A DNA stretch of 64,000 bases from Alphaproteobacteria bacterium (GCA_965221125.1 CBDCRW010000005.1:512001-576000); one strand, 5' to 3'. Shown: positions 31,449 to 41,189, counted from the first letter of the stretch. Numbers and translations: made by a program. The notes: generated by a model from the letters alone, not told the origin.

Positions 31449-32141
31449 ATGAGCGAGAACGAGAGCGGCGCGGGCGCCGATCTCGCGGCGCTGCAGTTCG
31501 GCGACAGCTTCTTCCCGAGCGGCGCGGTATCGTTCTCGCTCGGGCTGGAGACGCTGCACGCGGACGGCATCGTGGCCGACGCGGCCTCGCTCGAAGATTT
31601 TCTTGCCGACCAAGTGACGGAGCGCTGGGCCACGGCGGAGCGCGCCTTCTTCGCCGCCGCTCACCGCGCCTCTCCCGACTGGCCGGCGGTCGCCGAGATC
31701 GACGCGCTGCAGGAGGCGATGACGTTGCCGCGCGAGCTGCGCGAGGGCTCGCGCAAGGGGGGCGCCGCGCTGCTCGGCGTCCACGCACGCATGAAAACGC
31801 CCGGCGCCGCGGACTATCGCGCGCGCCTTCGCGCCGGCGAGGCGCACGGCCATCTCGCCGTGGTGCAGGGGCTGGTGCTCGCGGGCTCCGGTCTCGATCT
31901 CCCCCGCGCCGAGGCGGTGAGCCTGCACGGGCTCTGCGCCACGATCCTGGGGGCCGCGCTCAGGCTCGGCTTGATCGGCCACCTCGACGGGCAGATCATG
32001 CTGCGCAGGCTCAGGCCCCGGATGGCGGCGCTGCTGGCCCGGCCGGCGCCCGGCCTCGAGGACGTGCGCTCTTACGCGCCGCTGGCCGATGTGGCGGCGG
32101 CCCGCCATGAGGAGGCGGCGGTCCGACTCTTCAGCAACTGA
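31449..32141 (+). CDS. ureF: Urease accessory protein UreF
   Basis: QFGDSFFPSGAVSFSLGLET, ALRLGLIGH..GQ, C-terminal HE....RLFSN. Confidence 0.88.
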   Translation: MSENESGAGADLAALQFGDSFFPSGAVSFSLGLETLHADGIVADAASLEDFLADQVTERWATAERAFFAAAHRASPDWPAVAEIDALQEAMTLPRELREGSRKGGAALLGVHARMKTPGAADYRARLRAGEAHGHLAVVQGLVLAGSGLDLPRAEAVSLHGLCATILGAALRLGLIGHLDGQIMLRRLRPRMAALLARPAPGLEDVRSYAPLADVAAARHEEAAVRLFSN

Positions 32142-32156
32142 TCAGGGTGGCCCACG

Positions 32157-32852
32157 ATGCTGCTGACACCGACGGAGACGGAGCGGCTCACCATCTTCAC
32201 CGCCGCCGAGCTTGCGCGCCGCCGCCGCGCACGGGGCCGCGCGCTCAACCACCCGGAGGCCGTGGCGCTGATCAGCGACGAGATCCTGGAGGGCGCGCGC
32301 GACGGACGCTCGGTGGCCGAGCTGATCGAGCAAGGTGCTGCCATCCTCACCACCGACGACGTCATGCCCGGCGTCGCCGAGATGATGCCCGTGCTGCAGG
32401 TCGAGGGCACCTTCCCCGACGGCACCAAGCTGGTGACGGTCCACGAGCCGATCCGCCCCGGCAAGAAGGTGCAGGACGAAAGCGTGCGCCCCGGCGAGAT
32501 CATCCCGGCGGACGGCGAGATCGAGATCAACGCCGGCCGGCCGACCGCCACGGTCTCGGTCACCAACACCGGCGACCGGCCGGTGCAGATCGGCAGCCAC
32601 TACCACTTCTTCGAGGTGAACCGGCACCTCGACTTCGACCGCGCCGCGTCCTTCGGCATGCGCCTCGACATCCCTGCCGGCACGGCAGTCCGCTTCGCGC
32701 CCGGCGAGACGAAGGAGGTGACCCTCGTGGAATTCGGCGGCAGCGGCGAGATGGTGGGGCTCAACGACCTCACGCAAGGCTCGCGGCGCTCCGAGAGCGT
32801 CAAGCAGGAGGCGCTGGCCCGTGCCCGCGCCCGCGGCTTCAAGGGAGCTTGA
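32157..32852 (+). CDS. ureAB: Fused urease gamma/beta subunit
   Basis: Gamma part [30 protein letters not shown] fused to beta part [35 protein letters not shown]. Confidence 0.93.
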   Translation: MLLTPTETERLTIFTAAELARRRRARGRALNHPEAVALISDEILEGARDGRSVAELIEQGAAILTTDDVMPGVAEMMPVLQVEGTFPDGTKLVTVHEPIRPGKKVQDESVRPGEIIPADGEIEINAGRPTATVSVTNTGDRPVQIGSHYHFFEVNRHLDFDRAASFGMRLDIPAGTAVRFAPGETKEVTLVEFGGSGEMVGLNDLTQGSRRSESVKQEALARARARGFKGA

Positions 32853-32855
32853 GCG

Positions 32856-34568
32856 ATGGCACGGATGAGCAGGGCGGACTACGCGGCGCTCTACGGGCCC
32901 ACCACCGGCGATTGCGTCCGGCTGGGAGACAGCGAGCTGCTCGCCGAGATCGAGCACGACCACGGCGTGCCCGGCGAGGAGTGCCTGCACGGCGGCGGCA
33001 AGACGCTGCGGGACGGCATCGGCCTCGTCGCCGGCCTCGACAGCGCGCAAGGCTCGCTCGACATGCTGGTCTCCAACGCCGTTGTCATCGATCCCGTGCT
33101 GGGGATCGTCAAGGGCGACATCGGTATCAAGGAGGGGCTGATCGCGGGCGTGGGCAAGGCCGGCAACCCCGCGGTGATGGACGGGGTGGACCCCGAGCTT
33201 CTCTGCGGCGCCGCGACCACGGTGCGCGATGCCGAGGGGCTGATCGCGACGCCCGGCGGCATCGACGTGCACGTCCACTTCGACAGCGCGCAGCTCTGCC
33301 AGCACGCCATCGCGAGCGGCGTCACGACCATGCTGGGCGGCTCGCTCGGGCCGATCACCGTCGGCATCGACTGCGGCGGCGCCTGGAACGTGGGCAAGAT
33401 GCTGCAGGCGGCCGAGGAATGGCCGATCAACTTCGGCTTCCTCGGGCGCGGCAACTCGGCCAGGCCGCACTCACTGGTCGACCAGATTGCGGGCGGCTGC
33501 ATGGGCCTCAAGATCCACGAGGACTGGGGCGCCATGCCGGCGGCGATCGACACCTGCCTCGGCGTCGCCGACGACATGGATTTTCAAGTCCAGCTCCACA
33601 CCGACACGCTGAACGAGAGCGGCTTCCTCGAGGAGACGCTGGCCGCGATCAAGGGCCGCACGATCCACATGTACCACGCGGAAGGCGCCGGCGGCGGCCA
33701 CGCGCCCGACATCATCCGCATCACCGGCGAGCCCAACTGCCTGCCGTCGTCCACCAACCCCACCAACCCGTACACGCGCAACACCTTCGACGAACACCTC
33801 GACATGATCATGGTGTGCCACCACCTGAACCCGGCGGTGCCGGAGGACGTGGCCTTCGCCGAGAGCAGGATCCGCGCGCAGACCATCGCGGCCGAGGACG
33901 TGCTGCACGACATCGGCGCGATCTCGATGCTGGGCTCGGACAGCCAGGGGATGGGGCGGATCAACGAGGTCATCTGCCGCACCTGGCAGCTTGCCTCCAA
34001 GATGAGGGGCCAGCGCGGGCGGCTCGTCTCGGAGCGGACGGCCAAGGGCGACAACGAGCGCATCAAGCGCTACATCGCGAAGTACACCATCAACGCCGCC
34101 CGCACCTTCGGCATCGACAGCCACATCGGCTCGCTTGAGGCGGGCAAGCTCGCGGACGTGGTGCTCTGGCGCCCGGCCTTCTTCGGCATCAAGCCGGAGC
34201 TGGTCATCAAGGGCGGCTTCATCGTGTGGTCGGCGATGGGGGACAGCGCCGCCTCGCTGATGACCTGCGAGCCGCTGATGATGCGCCCGCAGTGGGGCGC
34301 CTTCGGCCGGGCCAAGGAGGCGCTCAGCCTCAGCTTCATCTCGCAGGCGGCGGCGGAGGCAGACGTCGCGGGCAGGCTCGGGCTGCAGAGCCGCACCGTG
34401 CCCGTGCGGGGCACGCGCAAGCTCGCCAAGGGCCACATGCTGCACAACGACGCCTGCCCCGAGGTGACGGTCGATCCCCAGACCTTCGAGGTGATGGTCG
34501 ACGGCGAGCTTGCGACCTGCGAGCCGGCGGACGAGCTGCCGCTCGCCCAGCGCTACATGCTGCGCTAG
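32856..34568 (+). CDS. ureC: Urease alpha subunit, divergent paralogue
   Basis: [66 protein letters not shown]. Confidence 0.9.
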   Translation: MARMSRADYAALYGPTTGDCVRLGDSELLAEIEHDHGVPGEECLHGGGKTLRDGIGLVAGLDSAQGSLDMLVSNAVVIDPVLGIVKGDIGIKEGLIAGVGKAGNPAVMDGVDPELLCGAATTVRDAEGLIATPGGIDVHVHFDSAQLCQHAIASGVTTMLGGSLGPITVGIDCGGAWNVGKMLQAAEEWPINFGFLGRGNSARPHSLVDQIAGGCMGLKIHEDWGAMPAAIDTCLGVADDMDFQVQLHTDTLNESGFLEETLAAIKGRTIHMYHAEGAGGGHAPDIIRITGEPNCLPSSTNPTNPYTRNTFDEHLDMIMVCHHLNPAVPEDVAFAESRIRAQTIAAEDVLHDIGAISMLGSDSQGMGRINEVICRTWQLASKMRGQRGRLVSERTAKGDNERIKRYIAKYTINAARTFGIDSHIGSLEAGKLADVVLWRPAFFGIKPELVIKGGFIVWSAMGDSAASLMTCEPLMMRPQWGAFGRAKEALSLSFISQAAAEADVAGRLGLQSRTVPVRGTRKLAKGHMLHNDACPEVTVDPQTFEVMVDGELATCEPADELPLAQRYMLR

Positions 34569-34595
34569 GGGGCGCGCGCACGCGAGGGCGAGGGC

Positions 34596-35822
34596 ATGGA
34601 CCGGATCCTGCGCGGCGCCCTCGTCGCCGGCGGCGACGGCGCCCGGCTCGACATCGGCATCGCCGACGGGCGCATCGCCGAGATCGCGCCCCGGATCGAG
34701 GCGGATGCGCCGGTGCTGGACGTGGACGGCCGCCTCGTGGCCCCCGGCTTCGTCGAGACCCACATCCACCTCGACAAGGCCTGCATCCTCGACCGCTGCA
34801 GCGCGGAGAGAGGCGATCTCGCCGAGGCCATCGACGAGGTGGCGCGGGTCAAGCGGGCGTTCACGGCCGACGACGTGAACACGCGCGCACGCCGCGTGCT
34901 CGACGCCTGCATCGCCCAGGGCACGACCCACATGCGCACCCACCTGGAGGTCGACCCCGGCATCGGCATGCGCGGCTTCGACGGCGTGCTGCCGCTGATC
35001 GAGGCCTACCGCTGGGCCATCGACCTGGAGATCTGCGTCTTTCCGCAGGAGGGGCTGCTCAACAATCCGGGCACCGACGCGCTGATGGTCGACGCGCTGG
35101 AGCGCGGCGCCCGCGTGGTCGGCGCCGCGCCCTACACCGACAGCGACCCGGCCGGCCAGATCGACCGCGTGTTCGCGCTCGCCCGGCAGTTCGACGTCGA
35201 CATCGACATGCACCTCGACTTCGGCGAGAGCGCGGATGATCTCGACCTTGACCAGGTCTGCGCGCTGACCGAGCGCTTCGGCTACGGCGGGCGGGTGACG
35301 GTCGGCCACGTCACCAAGCTCTCGGCGGCGACGCCCGAGCACCTGGCGCGCGTTGCCGGGCGCATGGCGGAGGCGGGGGTCGCCTGCACCGTGCTGCCGG
35401 CGACCGACCTCTTCCTCATGGGGCGTGGCGATGCGGCCAATGTGCGGCGCGGCGTCACGGCCGCGCACCGGCTGCTCGGCCATGGCGTCAACTGCTCGCT
35501 CTCGTCCAACAACGTGCTCAACCCTTTCACGCCCTTCGGCGACTGCTCGCTGGTGCGCATGGCCAACCTCTACGCCAACGTGGCCCACGTGGGCGCGCGC
35601 GCGGAGATGCTCGACTGCTTCGACATGATCACGCGCCGCTCGGCCCGCATCCTCGGCCTCGACGACTACGGCATCGCCGTGGGCAAGGCGGCCGATCTCG
35701 TGGTGCTGGACGCGCAAGATGCAGCCCAGGCCGTGGCCGCGGTGGCCCCGCCGCTCTACGGCTTCAAGCGCGGGCGCATGACCTTCCGGCGCCCGCCGGC
35801 GGAGCTCCTGGGACCGCCCTAG
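34596..35822 (+). CDS. Cytosine-deaminase-like metal-dependent amidohydrolase
   Basis: PGFVETHIHLDK, GTTHMRTH, FPQEG, DMHLDF, NNVLNPFTPFG, GKAADLVVLD. Confidence 0.88.
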   Translation: MDRILRGALVAGGDGARLDIGIADGRIAEIAPRIEADAPVLDVDGRLVAPGFVETHIHLDKACILDRCSAERGDLAEAIDEVARVKRAFTADDVNTRARRVLDACIAQGTTHMRTHLEVDPGIGMRGFDGVLPLIEAYRWAIDLEICVFPQEGLLNNPGTDALMVDALERGARVVGAAPYTDSDPAGQIDRVFALARQFDVDIDMHLDFGESADDLDLDQVCALTERFGYGGRVTVGHVTKLSAATPEHLARVAGRMAEAGVACTVLPATDLFLMGRGDAANVRRGVTAAHRLLGHGVNCSLSSNNVLNPFTPFGDCSLVRMANLYANVAHVGARAEMLDCFDMITRRSARILGLDDYGIAVGKAADLVVLDAQDAAQAVAAVAPPLYGFKRGRMTFRRPPAELLGPP

Positions 35823-35837
35823 CGCTGCAGTGCAGCG
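35823..35837. promoter_or_regulatory. Palindrome CGCTGCAGTGCAGCG (PhaR-box-like CTGC-N3-GCAG)
   Basis: Intergenic palindrome related to the two at 38118-38189. Regulator identity is inferred. Confidence 0.4.
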
Positions 35838-35978
35838 TGTGCAGTGAACGTCGCAGGTTGTGCGGTCGCGACGGCGCCGGTCATTGGACGAGTCGATTCG
35901 AGAGCGCACCGCTATAATGTTCTGCCCCCCGGTCCGGCCGGGGGCCTCTCGCGCTTGCGTCCGAAGAAGGAATCGCCG

Positions 35979-37040
35979 GTGAAGCGCTGGGGCTACATCG
36001 GACTCATCGTCGGCATCGCGCTGGTCATCGGGCTCGTCTGCTATCAGGGCGCCGGCGACGTGGCGGCTGCCGTCGCCGCGGTGAGCTGGGGCATCGCGGT
36101 GGTCGTCCTGGTGCGCCTCGTGCCGATCATGCTCGACGGCTACGTCTGGCGGCTGCTCTTCCTGGACGGCCACCGGCCGTCGGTGCTGACGGCGCTTTGG
36201 GCGCGCTGGATCGGGGAAGCGGTCAACACGCTGGTGCCGGCTTTCCAGGTGGGGGGCGCGGTGGTCCGCTCCAGGCTCCTGGTGATGCGCGGCGTGCCGG
36301 GGCGCATCGCAGGTGCCAGCGTCGTCGTCGACCTCACCCTCAGCACGATAACGCTCCTGTTCTTCACCCTGGTCGGTATCGGCCTGCTGATGGCCCACCA
36401 CGGCGAAAGCGATATCGCGCGGGCCATCGGCTACTGCGTGGCGGGCGGGTTCGTGGTCGTCATCCTGCTCTGCGTCTTTCAGCAGCGCGGGCTCTTCGGC
36501 TGGATCATCGGCCGCGTGGCGCGCTTCGCCAGAGGCAAGGCATGGGACAACGCCATCGGCGGCGCCCAGGCGCTCGACGAGGCGATCCTCGACCTCTACC
36601 GCCACCGCTGGCTGCTGGCGGGGAACGCGAGCGGGCAGCTTGCCGCCTGGGTGCTGGGCGCCGCCGAGATCTACGCTGCGCTCCACTTCATGGGCTACGA
36701 GGTCACCGTCGCCGACGCGCTGCTGCTGGAAAGCCTCATCCTGGCGACGCGGACGGCCGCGTTCTTCGTGCCGGGCGCGCTCGGCGTGCAGGAGGGCGTG
36801 CTGGTGCTGCTCGGCGGCATGATCGGCTTGGGGCCCGAGGTGGCGCTCGCGCTCTCGCTGATCAAGCGGGTGCGCGAGCTGGTGATCGGCGTTCCCGGCC
36901 TCATCGCCTGGCAGATCGCCGAAGGGAAGAACCTTTTCTCCGGCGTGCGCAAGCGTCGGGGCAAAGCACCGTCGGCGCCGGAGCCGCCGGCCTCTGTCGC
37001 GCCCGCGCCCGCCGCCGGCCGTTCGCGCGAAGCTCTCTGA
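35979..37040 (+). CDS. HpnL / lysylphosphatidylglycerol-synthase TM-domain (flippase-like) membrane protein
   Basis: RWIGEAVNTLVP, ASVVVD, FFVPGALGVQEG, ALSLIKRVREL. GTG start after AAGAAGGA. Confidence 0.82.
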   Translation: MKRWGYIGLIVGIALVIGLVCYQGAGDVAAAVAAVSWGIAVVVLVRLVPIMLDGYVWRLLFLDGHRPSVLTALWARWIGEAVNTLVPAFQVGGAVVRSRLLVMRGVPGRIAGASVVVDLTLSTITLLFFTLVGIGLLMAHHGESDIARAIGYCVAGGFVVVILLCVFQQRGLFGWIIGRVARFARGKAWDNAIGGAQALDEAILDLYRHRWLLAGNASGQLAAWVLGAAEIYAALHFMGYEVTVADALLLESLILATRTAAFFVPGALGVQEGVLVLLGGMIGLGPEVALALSLIKRVRELVIGVPGLIAWQIAEGKNLFSGVRKRRGKAPSAPEPPASVAPAPAAGRSREAL

Positions 37041-37073
37041 GACGGCGACCCACCACCAAATGGAGACCATTCG

Positions 37074-38063
37074 ATGGGCAGGATGATCGACGGCGTGTGG
37101 CACAAGGCCGATACCGACCGGAACGCGGCCGACGGCCGCTTCCTCCGGGCCACGACCTCGTTTCGCGACACCGTCACCGCCGACGGCTCATCCGGCTTCA
37201 AGGCCGCGCCCGGCCGCTACCATCTCTACGTCTCGCATGCCTGCCCGTGGGCGCACCGTACGACCATCCTGCGGGCTCTGCGCAAGCTGGAGGACGTGAT
37301 CTCGCTCTCGGTGGTGGACCCCTTCATGAGCGACGAAGGCTGGCACTTCAGCGACGGCCCCGGCTGCATCCCCGACACCGTGAACGGCGCGCGGTACCTG
37401 CGCGAGGTCTACAAGCTGGCGAAGGACGACTACACCGGGCGTGTCACGGTGCCGGTGCTCTGGGACAAGCGGGAGAAGACCATCGTCAACAACGAGTCTT
37501 CCGAGATCATCCGCATGCTCGACACGGCGTTCAACGCCTGGGGCGACGGCGAGCCGGAATTCCATCCCGCAGCGCTGAGGGACGAGATCGATGCGATCAA
37601 CGAGCCGATCTACGAGCACGTGAACAACGGCGTCTACAAGACCGGCTTCGCCCGCTCGCAGGCGGCCTACGAGGAGGCCTTCGACGCGCTGTTCGCGACC
37701 CTGGACGAGCTCGAGGCGCGGCTTGGCAGGCAACGCTATCTGGTGGGCGCGCGCATCACGGAGGCGGACTGGCGGCTCTTCGCCACGCTGGTCCGCTTCG
37801 ATGCCGTCTACGTCGGACACTTCAAGTGCAACCGGCACCGGATCGAGGACTATCCCAATCTGAGCAACTACCTGCGGGACCTGTACCAGCAGCCGGGGAT
37901 CGCCGGTACCGTCGACATGACGCACATCAAGCGGCACTACTACGAGAGCCAGGACAGCGTGAATCCCTCCCGCGTCGTGGCGAAGGGGCCGGTGCTCGAC
38001 TTCACCCGCCCGCACGACCGCGACCGCTTTTCGCTGCCGGAGGCGCAGGCGGCCGCACAGTAG
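37074..38063 (+). CDS. Glutathionyl-hydroquinone reductase (YqjG/Xi-class GST)
   Basis: RYHLYVSHACPWAHR, TVPVLWD, IVNNESSEI, NNGVYKTGFA, RFDAVY, HIKRHYY. Confidence 0.93.
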   Translation: MGRMIDGVWHKADTDRNAADGRFLRATTSFRDTVTADGSSGFKAAPGRYHLYVSHACPWAHRTTILRALRKLEDVISLSVVDPFMSDEGWHFSDGPGCIPDTVNGARYLREVYKLAKDDYTGRVTVPVLWDKREKTIVNNESSEIIRMLDTAFNAWGDGEPEFHPAALRDEIDAINEPIYEHVNNGVYKTGFARSQAAYEEAFDALFATLDELEARLGRQRYLVGARITEADWRLFATLVRFDAVYVGHFKCNRHRIEDYPNLSNYLRDLYQQPGIAGTVDMTHIKRHYYESQDSVNPSRVVAKGPVLDFTRPHDRDRFSLPEAQAAAQ

Positions 38064-38117
38064 CCCTGCGCCCCGCAGCCGTCGGGGGCCGCGAAGGGCC
38101 GGGGCGGAGCAGGGCAA

Positions 38118-38189
38118 TGTTGCGATGCAACAATCTGTTCACAACGGCGTTGCGTTTGTTACAATGACCTCATGTTGCGGCGCAGCATG
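38118..38189. promoter_or_regulatory. Two palindromic operator-like sites upstream of panB (PhaR-box-like)
   Basis: TGTTGCGATGCAACA at 38118-38132 and CATGTTGCGGCGCAGCATG at 38171-38189. Confidence 0.5.
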
Positions 38190-38243
38190 ACGCGCCGGGG
38201 CGGCCGCGAGCCGCCCGCACGGCCTCGCAAGGGAGGCAACGAC

Positions 38244-39083
38244 ATGGCCAACGACAGCCCGGTCCGGCGGCTCACCGTCCGCAATATCGCCCGCGCCAAG
38301 GGGGGCGAGCCCATCGTGAGCCTCACCGCCTACACGGCGCCCGTCGCCCGCATCGCCGACGAGGCCTGCGACTTCATCCTGGTGGGCGATTCTCTCGGCA
38401 TGGTGCTCTACGGCATGGAATCGACGGTCGGCGTCACGGTCGACATGATGGTCGCGCACGGCCGCGCCGTGGTGCGCGCCACCAGGCGGGCCTGCATCGT
38501 CGTGGACCTGCCCTTCGGCTCCTACGAGCAATCGCCCGCCCAGGCCTTCGGCACCGCCGCCCGCATCGTGGCGGAGACCGGCTGCGCGGCGGTCAAGCTC
38601 GAGGGCGGCCAGGAGATGGCGGAGACGATCGACTTCCTCACGGCGCGGGGCGTGCCCGTGCTCGGCCATGTCGGGCTGATGCCGCAATCGGTGAACGCCG
38701 CCGGCTTCCAGGTGCAGGGCAAGACCGAGGAGAGCGCGCGCCGCATCCGCGCCGACGCACGCGCGGTGGAGGCCGCAGGCGCCTTCGGCATCGTGATCGA
38801 GAACACGGTCGAGCTGCTCTCGCGCACGCTGACGCAGGAGCTCTCCGTCCCCACCATCGGCATCGGGGCGTCGCCGGCCTGCGACGGCCAGATCCTCGTC
38901 ACCGAGGACATCGTGGGCCTCGCCGGCGCCTTCACGCCGCGCTTCGTCAAGCGCTACGCCGAACTCGGCGACGGACTCGCCGATGCGGTGCGGAACTACG
39001 CGGCCGACGTGCGCGCCCGGCGCTTCCCCGGGCCTGAGCACACGGCCAACCCGGCAGTGCCGCAGGCAAAGTCCAAGGCCTGA
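38244..39083 (+). CDS. panB: 3-methyl-2-oxobutanoate hydroxymethyltransferase
   Basis: [46 protein letters not shown]. Confidence 0.96.
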   Translation: MANDSPVRRLTVRNIARAKGGEPIVSLTAYTAPVARIADEACDFILVGDSLGMVLYGMESTVGVTVDMMVAHGRAVVRATRRACIVVDLPFGSYEQSPAQAFGTAARIVAETGCAAVKLEGGQEMAETIDFLTARGVPVLGHVGLMPQSVNAAGFQVQGKTEESARRIRADARAVEAAGAFGIVIENTVELLSRTLTQELSVPTIGIGASPACDGQILVTEDIVGLAGAFTPRFVKRYAELGDGLADAVRNYAADVRARRFPGPEHTANPAVPQAKSKA

Positions 39084-39311
39084 GGACCGTGTTCCCGCGC
39101 TCTCCTTCCGGAGACGACGGGGCCGCTCGATGCCCGTTTGCCGCCAATGGGCTCGATTCGCATGCCGGTCTGCCACATTGCGAACACAAAGATTTGACAA
39201 CAGCACGGGTTCTGCACAGATCATGATGTGTGGGCTGGAACGCGCGCCCGGAGTCGGCGCTCCGGCTCCTGCAAGCCGGGACTGGGGGTTAGGGACGTGA
39301 GGAGACGATCC

Positions 39312-39785
39312 ATGCACAAGTTCAAGTTCGCGCTGCTCGGCATCGCCGCGCTGGCATTGGCCGGCTGCAGCGAGACTACCGGCTCGAAGGAGGGCCTGGG
39401 TACGCTTCTCGGCGCCGTGGCCGGCGGTGTCGCCGGCGCGCAGGTCGGCGACGGCCGCGGCCGGCTGATCGCCACGGGTGTCGGCACGCTCCTCGGCGCA
39501 GCCATCGGCAGCGAGATCGGCAAGTCGCTCGACCGCGCCGATCAGCTGGCGCTGCAGCATGAAACGCAGAACACGTTGGAGTACGCGCCCTCCGGCACGA
39601 CGAACACGTGGCACAATCCGGACAGCGGCAACAGCGGCACGATCACGGCGGCCCCGGCGTATCAGCAGAACGACGGGACCTACTGCCGCGAGTTCACCCA
39701 GACCGTGACGGTTGCCGGCGAGACCCAGCAGGCCTACGGCACCGCCTGCCGCCAGCCCGACGGGACCTGGCAGATCGTCTCGTAA
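39312..39785 (+). CDS. 17-kDa surface antigen family lipoprotein (glycine zipper, RT0821/Lpp0805-like)
   Basis: Lipobox LAGC, GTLLGAVAGGVAG zipper, WHNPDSGNSG, CREFTQTV, GTACRQPDGTWQ. Confidence 0.9.
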   Translation: MHKFKFALLGIAALALAGCSETTGSKEGLGTLLGAVAGGVAGAQVGDGRGRLIATGVGTLLGAAIGSEIGKSLDRADQLALQHETQNTLEYAPSGTTNTWHNPDSGNSGTITAAPAYQQNDGTYCREFTQTVTVAGETQQAYGTACRQPDGTWQIVS

Positions 39786-39831
39786 CGAGCGGCGCGTCTC
39801 GGGAAACGCCGTCCCGGGACGCTGGCCGCCG

Positions 39832-40686
39832 ATGGCGCCTGCGGTCATCGAGAGCGTCGCCGGCTTGCGCGAGGCCGTCGGCGCGTGGCGCAGGCGCGGC
39901 CTGACGGTTTCTCTCGTCCCCACCATGGGGGCGCTGCACGAGGGCCACATGGCGCTCGTGCGGGCCGCCCGCGTGCACGGCGGGCGCACGGTGGTCAGCC
40001 TCTTCGTCAACCCCGCGCAGTTCGCGCCGAACGAGGATTTCGACCTCTATCCCCGCAATCCGGCCGACGACCTCGCGAAGCTGGCCGAGGCGGGCGTCGA
40101 GGCGGTGTTCATGCCGACGGTGGACACGGTCTACCCGCCGGGGTTTGCCACCACGGTGCACGTGGACGGCGTCACCGCCGGGCTGGAGAGCGCGGCCCGG
40201 CCTCACTTCTTCGACGGCGTCGCCACCGTCGTCGCCAAGCTCCTGCTCCAGTGCCTGCCCGATGTCGCGCTCTTCGGCGAGAAGGACTATCAGCAGCTCG
40301 CCACCGTGCGTCGCCTCGTGGCCGACCTCGACATCCCCTGCCGGATCGAGGCGGTGCCCACCGTGCGCGACGGCGACGGCCTCGCGCTCTCCTCCCGCAA
40401 CGTCTATCTCTCCGCCGAAGAACGCCGGGTCGCGCCCCGGCTCTTCGAGGTGCTGAGCTGGATGGCGGCGGCGCTCGCCCAAGGTGCGACCTCGGCCGAC
40501 GCGATCGCCAACGGCGCTTCTGCGCTCACGGCTGCGGGCTTCACCCGTATCGACTATCTCGCGGTCTGCGATGCCGAGACGCTCGCGCCGGTGGAGCGCA
40601 TTGCCGCACCGGCACGCGTGCTCGCCGCCGCCTGGCTCGGCGAGACGCGGCTTATCGACAATGTGCCGGTGAACCCTGCCGACTGA
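39832..40686 (+). CDS. panC: Pantoate--beta-alanine ligase
   Basis: VPTMGALHEGH, SLFVNPAQF, RPHFFDGV, FGEKDYQQ, LALSSRN, TRLIDN. Confidence 0.96.
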   Translation: MAPAVIESVAGLREAVGAWRRRGLTVSLVPTMGALHEGHMALVRAARVHGGRTVVSLFVNPAQFAPNEDFDLYPRNPADDLAKLAEAGVEAVFMPTVDTVYPPGFATTVHVDGVTAGLESAARPHFFDGVATVVAKLLLQCLPDVALFGEKDYQQLATVRRLVADLDIPCRIEAVPTVRDGDGLALSSRNVYLSAEERRVAPRLFEVLSWMAAALAQGATSADAIANGASALTAAGFTRIDYLAVCDAETLAPVERIAAPARVLAAAWLGETRLIDNVPVNPAD

Positions 40687-40695
40687 CGGCCGGCG

Positions 40696-40966
40696 TTGGC
40701 CCGCAATTCTCACCAAGGTCATGGTTTGCGCGGCGCTGTCCGGCCGACAGGCAAGGAGAGGCGCGCAGCGCGATGTGGGGCATCGGGCAAGCGCATCGAC
40801 GCAGCATGTCGGCCGGAGAGCGCCGCCCTTCGGGTCGCGCCCAGGCGCCCGCCCGCGGCGTCGCGGGCCTCAACCGTATTCCCCGATACGCTTTTCGGCC
40901 CGCTCCTGGCGGATCGAACGCCTGGGTGCGACGCAGGCCGTGACCTTGGTGAGAAATGCGGGCTAG
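40696..40966. mobile_element. MITE-like element (~270 bp) with ~32-bp imperfect terminal inverted repeats
   Basis: Left end GCCCGCAATTCTCACCAAGGTCATGGTTTGCG (40699-40730) vs reverse complement of right end GCCCGCATTTCTCACCAAGGTCACGGCCTGCG (40932-40963), 28/32 identical. Ends in CTAG. No transposase inside. Confidence 0.8.
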
Positions 40967-40967
40967 G

Positions 40968-41000
40968 AGAAAAGAAAAGCGACGAACCCAGGTCCGTCGC
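40968..41000 (-). terminator. Intrinsic terminator after the small ORF
   Basis: On the minus strand, a GCGACGGAC/GTTCGTCGC stem is followed by TTTTCTTTTCT. Confidence 0.6.
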
Positions 41001-41024
41001 CGCTCGGACCGTGGATGCGGAAAC

Positions 41025-41189
41025 TCAGTGGGAGTCTCTCGCTCCTCCGTCGACCTCGCCGGGGCCCGCGTCGGTGCCCTCCTGCCGGCGCGCGTCGAAC
41101 AGCAGCGTCTTCGCCGACCAGAAGATCCCGATGGACAGGATAAGGGTGGCGAGCGCGACCAGCAGCGGCAGTCCAAGGTCCCAGGGCAT
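41025..41189 (-). CDS. Small single-pass membrane protein (54 aa)
   Basis: Manual translation MPWDLGLPLLVALATLILSIGIFWSAKTLLFDARRQEGTDAGPGEVDGGARDSH*. GC3-rich codons and a downstream terminator. Below the ORF-track cut-off. Confidence 0.6.
   Translation of the reverse strand: MPWDLGLPLLVALATLILSIGIFWSAKTLLFDARRQEGTDAGPGEVDGGARDSH

Noticed and set aside
33471-37103. 1210-aa minus-strand ORF and many other long overlapping ORFs (e.g. 29139..32108, 48428..51322, 12048..14150, 1244..3364)
   Set aside because: Shadow ORFs antisense or out of frame to well-supported genes. They are Arg/Ala/Gly/Pro-rich with no motifs, as expected at this GC content.
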